In this document: positions 38,973-51,246 of the stretch, in pieces
Position numbering within the stretch: position 1 is the stretch's first letter
Layout: every line of letters begins with the position of its first letter
Source of the DNA: Squalus acanthias
Taxonomy: Eukaryota
Direction of reading: 5' to 3'
NCBI GenBank assembly: GCA_030390025.1
Contig: CM059433.1
Location: 1,860,001 to 1,924,000 of the forward strand
DNA: 64,000 bases
The notes under the pieces: model-generated
What the model was told of the DNA's origin: nothing
Databases searched by the model: none
Seen by the model: the letters and a program-made list of their open reading frames with translations, nothing else
Translations under genes and position numbers: made by a program

Positions 38973-39626
38973 TGGGCCCTACTTTGGAAAAGGGCCTCGG
39001 CCGGGCAAGTGTGAGCTGATAATGTCGCAGCAAGGGAAACAGGGCATCTGGGACCTGAGTGAACAGGCAAGCAACTGTGTATCTCCTTAACCAATCAGAT
39101 TGAAGGATTGTGAAATAAACAGCACAAGGACTAAGAAGGAAGTTTAAATTAGAGTCCGTGAATTCAACGTCAAATCAGGTACAGAAAGAGAAATAAAGAG
39201 GGAAAGAAAGATTGGATTAAGAGAGAAAAAAAAGACAGAATTTTACATTTCTAAAATCTTCAACAATTAAAACCTGAAGGAATGAGACTTCACACTTGTA
39301 TTAGTTAATGTTCAGTGCCAGAGGTTGACTGACAGTAATGATTAACACTTAGCACATCATTGACAGGGTACACTGCCTTGAAATGACAGGACTTAACTTC
39401 CTGTGGCGAGTTTAGTTCTTATCTGCGCAAATGCAGCAAATTCACGCACGCCACTCAATGCATTTCAACGCTGCGGAGCGGTGCGGACTGGTGGACATCC
39501 AAGATGGAGGTGCAGTGGCGCAGGTGACCACTGGCCCTTGCAAACCCTCCCCCTGACCCCGCATATTGTGTCAAGGTCGGCACTGGCGTAACTGTCGGCA
39601 TCACACCCCGCAGCAAATTCAGGGCC
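38973..39626. mobile_element. Probable MITE, same family as 12806-13070
   Basis: Shared internal sequence; ends GGGCCCTACTTT / AAATTCAGGGCC are TIR-like. Confidence 0.55.
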
Positions 39627-39693
39627 GTCATTTCTATCCCAAATGTACAGACTCAGAGTACAAACTTCGACAACAGGTTGAACTGTTGCCTTC

Positions 39694-39888
39694 TCAGGTC
39701 ACCACTGAACTGATCTCCACTTCAAAAGCCTTGATTGTGTTCTTTGTGGCACTGAACAGTCTTAGGTCAAATGATGTGAACCCAGCATCCTTTGCCCGGG
39801 GGGCATGTAACGATATAGATTGATAATTGCCATCCCAATCAACGGGGGGGCAGGAAGAATATTTTGATTCCGCTTTTGGAAATGTAGC
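39694..39888 (-). other. Candidate coding exon, unidentified
   Basis: Long pyrimidine tract ending TTTTTTTGTAG, then 64 open codons ATFPKAESKYSSCPPVDWDGNYQSISLHAPRAKDAGFTSFDLRLFSATKNTIKAFEVEISSVVT*. Confidence 0.3.
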
Positions 39889-41592
39889 CTACAAAAAAAC
39901 ACTTAAAAAAAGTAAAGGTATAAATGAAGAGTAATGAGGTCATATACTTTTCCTACACTGCAGGAAATAATGCAAAGCACTTCTCTGAAGCACGGCACTC
40001 AAGGTAAGTTAACAAGCAGCAGATTTCATTGGTGTAGATCATAAGGCCCAAAGAGTTTGACCCCCATTACCCACTGACCTTCCCTGCACTAAATTCCAAT
40101 ATCACTGGTCACTTTTGTATTCATGTGACATTCCATGTTATTTTCACATTCCAGGAGTTTTGTCCAAAATTACTTCCACATCTTCGATGGCCCATGAGAT
40201 TTTCCAGGACCGGTGCTTGCAAAGCATCAAAAGCTGGAAGTAAGTGGAAGCAGGTTTATCCATATCCAGTACCAAATGGCCAGGATATGGAGAGACCAGC
40301 TCTCCATAATGTATAGGTTAACCTTGTTCCTAACTTCAGTGCATCTCTTGGGCAATGGCTCTTTAGATAGCGGGGAACGGGGTCCTGACAGGAGGTAATT
40401 GAGATGGAGATTAGATGTCAGGATCACAACAAAGCAGCAGAAGAGAGACAGAGATTTTTTTTTAAAAAGAGCAGAATTAAAACTGGATGAAGATTTGGGC
40501 AGAAGAGCGTCAAGGATGCAAAACAGCAATTTTTAAATGTATATCGCTGGTCTTTGAGTCGTGAAAATGTTTCCATTTTGTGTATCTATAATTTATGTTG
40601 ATTATATTTATTACCTGGATTAATTGTCATGGATTCTTATTTTCTGTTCTTGAGCATTTAAGTAAAAGTTTTGTTGATTGAATGATGCTTTAAGCATATT
40701 TTAAGCTTCAGAGGGTATTATTTTACTAGAAGTATTTATATGTAAACACAAGTTACAAAAACATAGAATAACATGCATGAAGGTTAAAGGGCATGAAGTT
40801 TATGGAATCTAATAATTAGATCATCATACATTAAAATGTTTTTTCAGTAAATATTTACAAAATAGATTGTTTTACCAAGGCAATGTAGCAAGTTTAGATT
40901 GAACTCTAGCAGAGAAGACAGAAGAATAAGACATTTTACCGTGGATGGCCTAACTATTTTAATATTCTTTTAAAATCTCCTCACGATTTTCTTCCCTTCT
41001 CTCATGGAGCCATTAATTTTTGCTGAGCTATTGTTTCATGGACAGCAGCAGCCCTTCGCTACCTCAGCCAAATGACAATTGTTTATGTGTGACTGTCAGC
41101 AGTGACATCACTGTTGGGCTCAGCGTGACCTATATACAGCAGAGATCACTGGGTAGTAATCAGGATTCAGAAGCATGGCTACTCACTTTCGCGGGCTTTT
41201 TTGCAGAGGCCAGTGTCGGGAGCGGAGAGAGCAGCAGCACAGTGGGTATTTAAACTCAGTTTCGCGGGCTTTTTTTCAGAGGCTTACCAATCTCACAGAC
41301 CAGCGGCGGCGTTCCAGAGCCACGTCACAATTCAAAAAGTGAAATGGACAAGAGGAAGCAGCTGATTGGGTGAGTAAGGGCCAGGTGAGTATTTATACTG
41401 CTCTATAGTTTGACAGTTAATGTTAATAGTTTATAAAGTTTAGTAGGTCCTAATTTTTGTGGTTATAATTTCTAAGGTCTCTGTTGTGTAGCAGGGAGTG
41501 CTAGTATACAAGGGCCCTTGAGTATATCATTTAATTGTAGTGTAATTTGTGGTATTGATTTGAGTTAATTTAAATTAATTAAAGGGTAAGTC

Positions 41593-42543
41593 ATGGCAGC
41601 ACAGCTCAGCCCTGTGGCATGCTCCTCCTGCACTATGTGGGAAATCAGGGGCACTTCCTGTGTCCCTGTTGACCATGTGTGCGGGAAGTGTATCCAGCTG
41701 CAGCTACTGGCAGACCGCATTGCAGCGCTGGAGCTGCGAATGGATGCATACTGGAGCATTCGCGATGCTGAGGACATCGTGGATAGCACGTTTAGGGAGT
41801 TGGTCACACCGCAGGTAAAGGCTGCTCGGGCAGGAAGTGAATGGGTGACCACCAGGCAGAGTAGTAGGCGCAGGCAGGTAGTGCAGGGGTCCCCTGTGGA
41901 CATCCCCCTCTCAAACAGATATACCACTTTGGATATTGTTGAGGGAGATGGCTTATTGGGGGAAGGCAGCAGCAACCAACTTCCTGGCACCATGGGTGGT
42001 TCTGCTTCACAGGACGGGAGGAAAAAGAGCGGGAGAGCTATAGTGATAGGGGATTCTATTGTAAGGGGAATAGCAAGGCGTTTCTGCGGCCGCAAACGAG
42101 ACTCCAGAATGGTATGTTGCCTCCCTGGTGCAAGGGTCAAGGATGTCTCGGAGCGGCTGGAGGGCATTCTGGAGGGGGAGGGTGAACAGCCAGTTGTCGT
42201 GGTGCATATAGGTACCAACGATATAGGTAAAAAACGGGATGAGGTCCTAAAAGCTGAATATAGGGAGTTAGGAGGTAAATTAAAAAATAGGACCTCAAAG
42301 GTAGTAATCTCAGGATTGCTACCGGTGCCACGTGTTAGTCAGAGTAGAAATAGAAGGATATTTCAGATGAATACGTGGCTAGAGGAATGGTGCAAGGGGG
42401 AGGGATTCAAATTCCTGGGACATTGGAACCGGTTCTGGGGGAGGTGGGACCAGTACAAACTGAACGGTTTGCACCTGGGCAGGACCGGGACCGATGTCCT
42501 AGGGGGAGTGTTTGCTAGTACTGTTGGGGAGGGTTTAAACTAA
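41593..42543 (+). CDS. CR1 ORF1p (Zn finger, coiled coil, SGNH esterase-like domain)
   Basis: Intact 316-aa frame: CSSC...CGKC, IVIGDSIV, PGA, HIGTND and (N)GLHL. Confidence 0.9.
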   Translation: MAAQLSPVACSSCTMWEIRGTSCVPVDHVCGKCIQLQLLADRIAALELRMDAYWSIRDAEDIVDSTFRELVTPQVKAARAGSEWVTTRQSSRRRQVVQGSPVDIPLSNRYTTLDIVEGDGLLGEGSSNQLPGTMGGSASQDGRKKSGRAIVIGDSIVRGIARRFCGRKRDSRMVCCLPGARVKDVSERLEGILEGEGEQPVVVVHIGTNDIGKKRDEVLKAEYRELGGKLKNRTSKVVISGLLPVPRVSQSRNRRIFQMNTWLEEWCKGEGFKFLGHWNRFWGRWDQYKLNGLHLGRTGTDVLGGVFASTVGEGLN

Positions 42544-42700
42544 AATGGCAGGGGGTTGGGAACCTGTGCAGGGAAACAGAGGACAGGGAAGCAAGGATAG
42601 AAGCAAAAGACAGGAAGGAGAAAAGCAAAAGTGGAAGGCAGAGAAATCAAGGGTGTAAATCAAACAGGGCTACAGTAAATAATAATTCTAAAAGGACTAA

Positions 42701-43593
42701 GGGGTAAAAATTCACTTGGTTGCGCCATCCGTTAGCGCCTTAAGAGGGCGCTAATGGGGCGCAAAGCCGCTAACGCCCGGGCGCAGCGATGTTTGCGCCG
42801 CTCGAGAACTTAACTTGAGATTGTGCGGCGGTGCTAAAACTTACCGCTGCGACCACCTGCGCGCGCAGATTGTGACGTCATTCCATGGTGCAACGCCCTT
42901 GGGGCGCCCCGTAGCGGAAATTGAGTGGCGCCCCCTGCCTTACCGCCTGGCGCTTCCAACGACCAGAAGACTGGAACGCTATCAATCGCTGTGGGGCTGG
43001 GGGGGGCGCTATTTAAAGGGGGCCTCTTCCTGTCTTTTATTGTTGGTGGCATTTTTGAACTACGCATTCTGAGAGAGAGAGGGAGAGACTTCTGGAGAGA
43101 TTCAACGTTGTGTGAAGGAGTTTTGGGTACTGAGCAGCACTTTGCAGGTTCATTTTGATTTGCCATTCCTTGTATCGATTTAGCAGAGACTGTGGGAGCT
43201 GCACTCTGAGCTCTTTGCCTGGTGCTCTCCATTGTTCTTTCCAGCACATTTGATGTGCAAGTCTCTCCAGGCCGAGATTCAAGGCAGCAATGAACAGGAT
43301 GTGGATGGAAAGCAAGATTAACCATCCCCTTTAAGAACTGGCCCGTGCCATTGTGTGTGTGTTCCATTGCTGACTGACATTACATGAGCTTCGCCAGCGC
43401 TCCGAGTTAGCGCCTCACTGCTCGGCCTTTGCGCCTTAAGAGAGGTGTGCAGCGCCTGCTTTAGCGCTCCACTCACCTCCCGGGGCGGTAAAAGTGAAGT
43501 TTCCCGTCAGTGCCGATAATTAGCGCCAGGCGCTAATATTTGCGTCCGGACGATATTTGCGCCCCAAATGGGGCGCGACCTAATTTCTACCCC
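42701..43593 (+). mobile_element. Harbinger-1 MITE, copy 3
   Basis: Same TIRs; TSD TAA at 42698-42700 and 43594-43596. Confidence 0.95.
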
Positions 43594-45349
43594 TAAGAGT
43601 GTTAAAAAAACAAGCCTGAAGGCTTTGTGTCTTAATGCGAGGAGCATTCGTAATAAGGTGGATGAATTAGCTGCGCAAATAGATGTAAACGGATATGATA
43701 TAATTGGGATTACGGAGACATGGCTCCAGGGTGACCAAGGCTGGGAATTCAACATCCAGGGGTACTCAATATTCAGGAAGGACAGACAAAAAGGAAAAGG
43801 AGGTGGGATAGCATTGTTGGTTAAAGAGGAGATTAACACAATAGTAAGGAAGGATATTAGCTCTGATGATGTGGAATCTGTATGGGTAGAGCTGAGAAAT
43901 ACCAAGGGGCAGAAAACGTTAGTGGGATTTGTATAAAGACCCCCAAACAGTAATGCTGAGGTTGGGGATGGCATTAAATGGGAAATTAGAGACTCGTGCA
44001 ATAAGGGCACCGCAGTTATCATGGGTGACTTTAATCTACATATAGATTGGGCTAACCAAATTAGTAATAATACTGTGGAGGAGGAATTCCTAGAGTGTAT
44101 ACGGGATGGTTTCCTGAGCCAATATGTCGAGGAACCAACCAGAGATCAGGCCATCTTAGACTGGGTATTATGTAATGAGAAAGGATTAATTAGCAATCTT
44201 GTTGTGCGAGGCCCCTTGGGGAGGAGCGATCATAATATGATAGAATTCTTCATTAAGATGGAGAGTGAAGTAGTTGACTCAGAGACTAGGGTCCTGAATT
44301 TAAATAAAGGAAACTACGATGGTATGAGGCGCGAGTTGGCTAGGATGGATTGGGGAACGTTACTTGAAGGGTTGATGGTTGATAGGCAATGGCAAACATT
44401 TAAAGATCGCATGGATGAACTACAGAATTTGTTCATCCCTGTTTGGCATAAAAATAAAACAAAAAAGGTGACTCAACCGTGGCTAACAAGGGAAATTAGG
44501 GATAGCATAAGATCCAAGGAGAGGACATATAAATTGGCCAGAAAAAGCAGCAAACCTGAGGATTGGGAGCAGTTTAGGATTCAGCAAAGGATGACAAAGG
44601 GATTAATTAAGAGGGGGGAAATAGAATATGAGAGTAAGCTTGCAGGGTACATAAAAACTGACTGTAAAAGCTTCTAAAGATATGTGAAGAGAAAAAGATT
44701 GGTGAAGACAAGCGTAGGTCCCTTGCAGTCAGAATCAGGGAAATTTATAATGGGGAACAAAGAAATGGCTGACGAATTCAATATATACTTTGGTTCTGTC
44801 TTCACAAAGGAGGACACAAATAAACTCCCAGAGATGTCGGGAAACATAGGGTCTAATGAGAGGGAGGAATTGAATGAAATCACTATTTGTAGGGAAATGG
44901 TGTTAGGGAAATTGACGGGATTGAAGGCCGATAAATGCCCAGGGCCTGATAATCTACATCCTAGGGTACTTAAGGAAGTGGCCCTAGAAATAGTAGATGC
45001 ATTGCTGGTCATCTTCCAAAATTCTATAGACTCTGGAACAGTTCCAATGGATTGGAGGGTAGCTAATGTAACCCCACTATTTAAAAAAGGTGGTAGAGAA
45101 AAAATGGGGAATTATAGACCGGTAAGCCTGACATCGGTAGTGGGCAAAATGCTAGAGTCCATTATAAAAGATGTAATAGCAGAGCACTTGGAAAACAGTG
45201 ACAGGATTGGACAAAGTCAACATGGATTTACAAAAGTGAAATCATGCCTGACTAATCTACTGGAATTTTTTGAGGATGTAACTGGTAGAATAGATAAGGG
45301 AGAAACAGTGGATGTGGTGTATTTGGACTTTCAGAAGGCTTTCGATAAG

Positions 45350-46101
45350 AAATTGGGAGAGGGGGAAGTACAGAGAGACCTGGGTGTTCTTGTACACCAG
45401 TCACTGAAGGCAAGCATGCAGGTGCAACAGGCGGTCAAGAAGGCAAACGGTATGCTGGCCTTCATAGCAAAAGGGTTGGAATACAGGAACAGGGATACCT
45501 TGCTGCAGCTGTACAGGGCACTGGTGAGACCACACCTCGAGTACTGTGTACAGTTTTGGTCGCCTCATCTGAGGAAAGATGTTCTTGCCATGGAGGGGGT
45601 GCAGCGGCGATTCACCAGGCTGATACCAGGAATGGCGGGATTGACCTATGAGGAGAGACTATGTAGTTTAGGGATGTACACACTGGAGTTTAGAAGATTG
45701 AGAGGGGACCTCATAGAAGTGTATAAAATTCTGACAGGTCTAGACAGACTAGATGCAGAAGGAATGTTTCCCTTGGCGGGTGAGAACAGAACTAGAGGAC
45801 ATAATTTAAGGATAAGGGCTAAACCATTTAGGACAGAAATGAGGGGAAATTTCTTCACTCAAAGAGTGGTGAACCTGTGGAACTCATTGCCACAGAGGGC
45901 AGTGTACGCCAGCTCATTAAATATATTTAAGAGGGAATTAGATATATTTCTACAGGCAAAAGGGGTTAAGGGTTACGGAGAGAAGGCGGGGACGGGATAC
46001 TGAATTGGAGGATCAGCCATGATCACATTAAATGGCGGAGCAGGCTCGAAGGGCCGGATGGCCTACTCCTGCTCCTATCTTCTATGTATCTATGTATCTA
46101 T
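45350..46101 (+). mobile_element. CR1 3' fragment of another subfamily nested in CR1 ORF2
   Basis: Splits host KAFDK|VPHKRL; ends in (TATCTATG)n; differs at many positions from the host 3' end. Confidence 0.9.
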
Positions 46102-47329
46102 GTCCCGCATAAGAGATTAGCGTGCAAAGTTAAAGCACATGGGATTGGAGGTGAGGTACTGATTTGGATAGAGAACTGGTTGGAAGACAGGAAGCAAAGA
46201 GTTGGAATAAACGGGTCTTTTTCCGAGTGGCAGGCAGCGACTAGTGGGGTACCACAGGGATCGGAGCTAGGTCCCCAGCTATTCACAATATATATTAATG
46301 ATCTAGACGAGGGAACTAGATGTAATATCTCTAAGTTTGCAGACGACACAAAGCTGGGTGGGCGTGTGTGCTGTGAGGAGGATGCAGAGAAACTCCAGGA
46401 TGATTTGGACAGGTTGGGTGATTGGGCAGAAGCATGGCAGATGCAGTATAATGTGGATAAATGCGAGGTTATCCACTTTGGTGGCAAAAACAGGAAGACA
46501 GATTATTATCTGAACGGCAATAGATTGGGAAAAGGGGAAGTGCAACGAGATCTGGGAGTCCTTGTGCACCAGTCGCTGAAGGTAAGCATGCAGGTGCAGC
46601 AGGCGGTTAAGAAGGCAAATGGTATGTTGGCCTTCATAGCGAGAGGATTCGAGTACAGGAGCAAGGATGTCTTGCTGCAGTTGTACAAGGTCTTGGTGAG
46701 ACCACACCTTGAGTATTGTGTGCAGTTTTGGTCGCCTTATCTGAGGAAGGATGTTCTTGCCATGGAGGGAGTGCAGCGAAGATTTACCAGACTGATACCT
46801 GGCATGGCAGGAATGACGTATGAAGAGAGATTGGGTTGATTAGGCTTATATTCGCTAGAGTTTAGAAGAATGAGAGGGGATCTCATTGAAACTTATAAAA
46901 TTCTAACAGGACTAGACAGACTAGATGCAGGAAGGATGTTCCCGATGGCGGGGGTGTCCAGAACCAGAGGTCACAGTCTAAGGATAAGGGGTAAGCCATT
47001 TAGGACTGAGATGAGGATGAATTTCTTCACCCAGAGAGTGGTGAACCTGTGGAATTCTCTACCACAGAAGGCAGTTGAGGCCAATTCATTAAATATATTC
47101 AAGAAGGAGATAGATATATTTCTTAAGGCTAAAGGGATCAAGGGATATGGGGAGAAAGCAGGGACAGGGTACTGAATTTGGATGATCAGCCATGATCTCA
47201 TTAAATGGCGGAGCAGGCTCGGGGGGCCGAATGGCCTACTCCTGCTCCTATCTTCTCTGCTTCTATGGAGGATTTTTCCCCTCTCCAGTCCAGGGGTTCT
47301 GAGGCCAACTCTAGCACACAAGTACTATA

Positions 47330-48085
47330 GCAAAATACTGCGGATGCTGGAAATCTGAAATAACAACAGAAAATGCTGGAAACACTCAGCAGGCCAGGCA
47401 GCATCCGTGGAGAGAAACAGAGTTAACGTTTCAGGTCTGGGACCCTTCATCAGAACTGGAAAAAGCTGGAGATGTAACAGATATTAAGCAGGTGCAGAGG
47501 CAGGGAAAGAGGGAGGGGAGCTTGAAGAATGGAGGCAGGGGTTATGGTCTGAAATTGTTGAACTCAATGTTGAGTCCAGAAGGCTGTAAAGTGCCTGATC
47601 GAAAGATGAGGTGCTGTTCCTCGAGCTTACGTTGAGCTTCATTGGAACAGTGTAAGAGACCGAGGACAGAGGGATCAGAGTGGGAGTGGAGCGGAGAATT
47701 AAAGTGACAGGCGACCGGAAGCTCGGGGCCCCCCCTTACAGACTGAACGGAGGTGTTCCGCAAAGCGGTCACCCAATCTGCGTTTGGTCTCTCCAATGTA
47801 GAAGAGACCGCATCGTGAGCAGCGAATACAGTATACTAAATTGCAAGAAGTAGAAGTAAATCGCTGTTTCACCTGGAAGGGGTGTTTGGGGCCCTGGACA
47901 GTGGGAAGGGAGGAGGTATAAGGGCAAGTGTTGCATCTCCTGCGCTTGCACGGGAAGGTGCCGGGCGAAGGGGAAGGGCTGTTAGGGGTGATTGAGGAGT
48001 GGACCAGGGTGTCGCGGAGGGAGCGGTCCCTGCGGAATGCTGAAAGGGGAGGTGAGGGGACGATGCATTTGGTGGTGGGATCACC
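47330..48085 (-). mobile_element. Penelope family B 3' fragment (GIY-YIG plus pLTR)
   Basis: NLVYCIRCSRCGLFYIGETKRRLGDRFAEH and QPSGLN motifs. Confidence 0.9.
47421..47459 (-). ncRNA. Hammerhead ribozyme motif (Penelope B)
   Basis: Reverse complement reads CCAGTT-CTGATGA-AGGGTCCCAGACCT-GAAA-CGTTAACT. Confidence 0.7.
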
Positions 48086-49251
48086 TGTCCTGGTTACCTC
48101 AGCACAGGTTGTGAATTGAATCTGGCACCTTCTGATACGGTATGGCTTAGTGTTATATCGGGTAGCAGCTTCAGGCAGCATGCCATCAAGAAAGGAAGAA
48201 GAACTTGTATATACCCAAACACCCCTTCCAGGTGAAACAGCGATTTACTTGTACTTCTTGCAATTTAGTATACTGTATTCGCTGCTCACGATGCGGTCTC
48301 TTCTACATTGGGGAGACCAAATGCAGATTGGCTGACCGCTTTGCGGAACACCTCCGTTCAGTCTGTAAGGGGGGGCGCCGAGCTTCCGGTCGCCTGTCAC
48401 TTTAATTCTCCGCTCCACTCCCACTCAGACCTCACCGTCCTCGGCCTCTTACATTGTTCCACTGAAGCTCAGTGTAAGCTCGAGGAACAGCATCTCATCT
48501 TTCGATTAGGCACTTTACAGCCTTCTGGACTCAACATAGAGTTCAACAATTTCAGATCATAACCTCGACCCCTATCATATATATATTTTTTATGCACACT
48601 TTTTGTTTGTGTCTTTTTTTCTTCTCTCCCACATGGCAGCTGTCTTTCATTCTGCCAGCGCAATTCACACTTCATCTAGAGCCATCCTTTGTTTCTTAAC
48701 CTGTCCCATTACCATCTCCTTTTGCCTTGAATATCTCTCAATGGGGTAAAAATTCAGTTGGTTGCGCCTCCCGTTAGCGCCTTAAGAGGGCGCTAATGGG
48801 GCGCAAAGCCGCTAACGACCAGGCGCAGCGATGTTTGCGCCGCTCGGGAACTTAACTTGAGATTGTGCGGCGTCGCTAAAACTTACCGCTGCGACCACCT
48901 GCGCGCGCAGATTGTGACGTCATTCCATTGTGCAACGCCCTTGTGGCGCCCCGGAGCGGAAATTGAGTGGCGCCCCCTGCCTTACCGCCTGGCGCTTCCA
49001 ACGACCGGAAGACTGGAACGCTATCAATCGCTGTGGGGCTGGGGGGGGCGCTATTTAAAGGGGGCCTCTTCCTGTCTTTTTCTGTGGTCGACATTTATGC
49101 ACCACTCGTTCTGAGAGAGAGAGAGAGATTCGGAGAGAGAAAGAGAGACTTCTACATTGACTCAACGCTTTGTGAGGTAGTTTTGCCTATTGATCCTAAC
49201 TTTGCTGCTACTTTAGTTGCTGTCCTTCATTACTTTGCTTGCAAAGAGAAT

Positions 49252-50412
49252 ATGGGGGCTGCACTGATTGGGGGCGTCGTCCTGCTCCAGCTGAATCGGA
49301 GGATACAGAGACGCAGAGAGAGAGTGGCAATGATGGCCAGACGGAGGAGGGCCATCAGGCGTATGTACAGGAGAGCTTACCCTCCCAGGGTATATCGTGA
49401 ACAGCTCTCCTACATCCATATGTCCGAGGAGCTGTGTTTGCGAAGGCTGCGATTCAGCAAGGAGGTGGTCACTGAGCTCTGCCACCTGCTGCAGCCAGAT
49501 CTGCAGCCTCAACTGAGGTCCAGGACGTCTCTGTCGGTGGCAGTGAAGGTCACAGTGGCTTTGAACTTTTACGCCACTGGCTCATTTCAAGCTGCTGCTG
49601 GGGACCTCGCCAATATCTCCCAGTTCGCGGTGCATTGCTGCATCCGGCAGGTCACAAATGCCCTCTTCAGAAGTAGACGAGAGTTCATCTCTTTCCCCAT
49701 GACCCCAGACAAGCAGCGTGACCGCGCTCTGGGCTTTGCGAGGGTAGCGGGCTTCCCCATGGTGCAGGGCGCCATTGACTGCACGCATGTGGCTTTGCGT
49801 GCTCCGCGTGAGAATGCCGAGGAATTCAGGAACAGAAAGGGGTTCCATTCCTTGAATGTCCAGTTGGTCTGTGACCACAGACAGCTGATACTCGCTGTTA
49901 ATGCCCAGTATCCTGGCAGCTGCCACGATGCTTTTATCCTGCGCCAGACTACTGTGGCAGAACTTTTCGAGGCACCGCATCAGCCAGTTGGTTGGCTTCT
50001 CGGGGACAAGGGGTATGCATTGAGCACCTGGCTGATGACACCGCTCCGTACGCCCAACACCCCTGCTGAGCTGCGGTACAATGAGAGCCATCAAGCAACC
50101 AGGAACATTATTGAGCGCACAATCGGCATGCTGAAGCAACGGTTCCGCTGTCTGGACCATTCCGGAGGAGCCCTGCAGTACTCGCCTGAGCGAGTATCGA
50201 ACTTCGTAGTCGTGTGCTGCATGTTGCATAACATGGCAATCCTCAGGACCCAGCCAATGCCACCAGGCCTTGGAGCACCACCAGAGGAGGAGGAGGAAGA
50301 GGAGGAAGAGGACGAGGACGATGATCATCAGCAGCACCAAGGCAGGAGGGCGGCCCACAATGGTCAAACTGCAAGGGCCGTCCGTCAACGGCTAATAGCA
50401 AGCCGCTTCTAG
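49252..50412 (+). CDS. Harbinger DDE transposase (HARBI1-like family), intact, 386 aa from the first ATG
   Basis: GAIDCTH, NRKGFHSLNVQ, PGSCHD, LLGDKGY, IERTIG.LKQRF and CCMLHN motifs; acidic tail; no stops. Confidence 0.93.
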   Translation: MGAALIGGVVLLQLNRRIQRRRERVAMMARRRRAIRRMYRRAYPPRVYREQLSYIHMSEELCLRRLRFSKEVVTELCHLLQPDLQPQLRSRTSLSVAVKVTVALNFYATGSFQAAAGDLANISQFAVHCCIRQVTNALFRSRREFISFPMTPDKQRDRALGFARVAGFPMVQGAIDCTHVALRAPRENAEEFRNRKGFHSLNVQLVCDHRQLILAVNAQYPGSCHDAFILRQTTVAELFEAPHQPVGWLLGDKGYALSTWLMTPLRTPNTPAELRYNESHQATRNIIERTIGMLKQRFRCLDHSGGALQYSPERVSNFVVVCCMLHNMAILRTQPMPPGLGAPPEEEEEEEEEDEDDDHQQHQGRRAAHNGQTARAVRQRLIASRF

Positions 50413-51246
50413 GGCCCCTGCCATTGCTACCAACATTAATGAACCCAGCACGCAACCCCTAAGCCGGCCAAGGCACCAATAATTCCAACCACCAACCATG
50501 TATATTTTGAATACAGAAACTTATTTATTTTACAAACTCTGTGTGTGTCAATTCCTCATGACAAACTCATAGAAATAAACACAAAAAAACAGTCAATAAC
50601 ATAACTGGTTCTCACAACCTGGAGATAATGTCCAAAACACTAAACAAAAGTTGGACCATGAACCTCGACCTTTAATAAAAAAATGACCAGCATTTTGTCA
50701 CACCTCCTACTTTTTGCCCTTCGAGGGTGATCTCCTTCCCTTGCGCACTTCCCCCCTTCTAACCCTACTGCTCCTCCGTAATGGGACCTCAGTGGCTGCA
50801 GCAAGGCTGGTGGAAGGCTGCTGCTCGTCAGACCCTGACACTGCAGATGCCCCTGAAGGACGGCCTCGACCAGTTCTGGGCCTGGAGGGCCCGGCTGCAG
50901 ACTGCACCAACTCTGCATGGGCGGCAGCAGTCTGTCCTACAGGCGGTGGCAAGTGCAGTGGAGAAGTGACAGTGTTGGCAGCAGGAATGCTGTCATCGTG
51001 AGAGAGGACAGCAACTCCCTGCTCGCCCGACACACTGGCACTCCCACGGGGCAGCACTTCAGCATCCGGAGCAATCTGCCGGAGAACAGATTGCTGGCCT
51101 GCTGCGGCGCGGTGACAGCCCCGGGGACATGTGCACGAACCATCGAGGTTGGCAGCAGTCTGTGCTCGCGTGGCCTCAATCTGAGTCTGTATGAGAGCAG
51201 TCAGAGATGGGATCACGGCAGTCAGTGAATAATTGCAGCACTAAGC

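Larger units (their letters stand above)
42547..47175 (+). pseudogene. CR1 ORF2 (APE endonuclease plus RT), disrupted
   Basis: NARSI, ITETWL, MGDFN, SDH and KFADD motifs; stops at 43936, 44677 and 46839; two insertions. Confidence 0.92.
41180..47265 (+). mobile_element. Full-length CR1 LINE, inactivated
   Basis: 5' UTR with duplicated TTTCGCGGGCTTTTTT-CAGAGGC, ORF1, ORF2 and 3' stem-loop tail; interrupted by a MITE and a CR1 fragment. Confidence 0.93.

Noticed and set aside
47330..48740. Single Penelope insertion with 5' inversion
   Set aside because: The plus copy has its own 13-bp TSD and unrelated DNA separates the two copies.
48967..49251. 95-aa N-terminal extension of the transposase
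   Set aside because: It starts at GTG upstream of the TATA-like box and crosses a GA repeat; Harbinger-2 supports the ATG at 49252.
49582..50388. 268-aa antisense ORF and similar shadow ORFs over LINEs
   Set aside because: By-products of codon bias on the opposite strand of real TE ORFs.
49252..50412. Domesticated host HARBI1 gene
   Set aside because: It sits inside TIRs with a TSD, a partner ORF2 and MITE derivatives, so it is a transposon gene.
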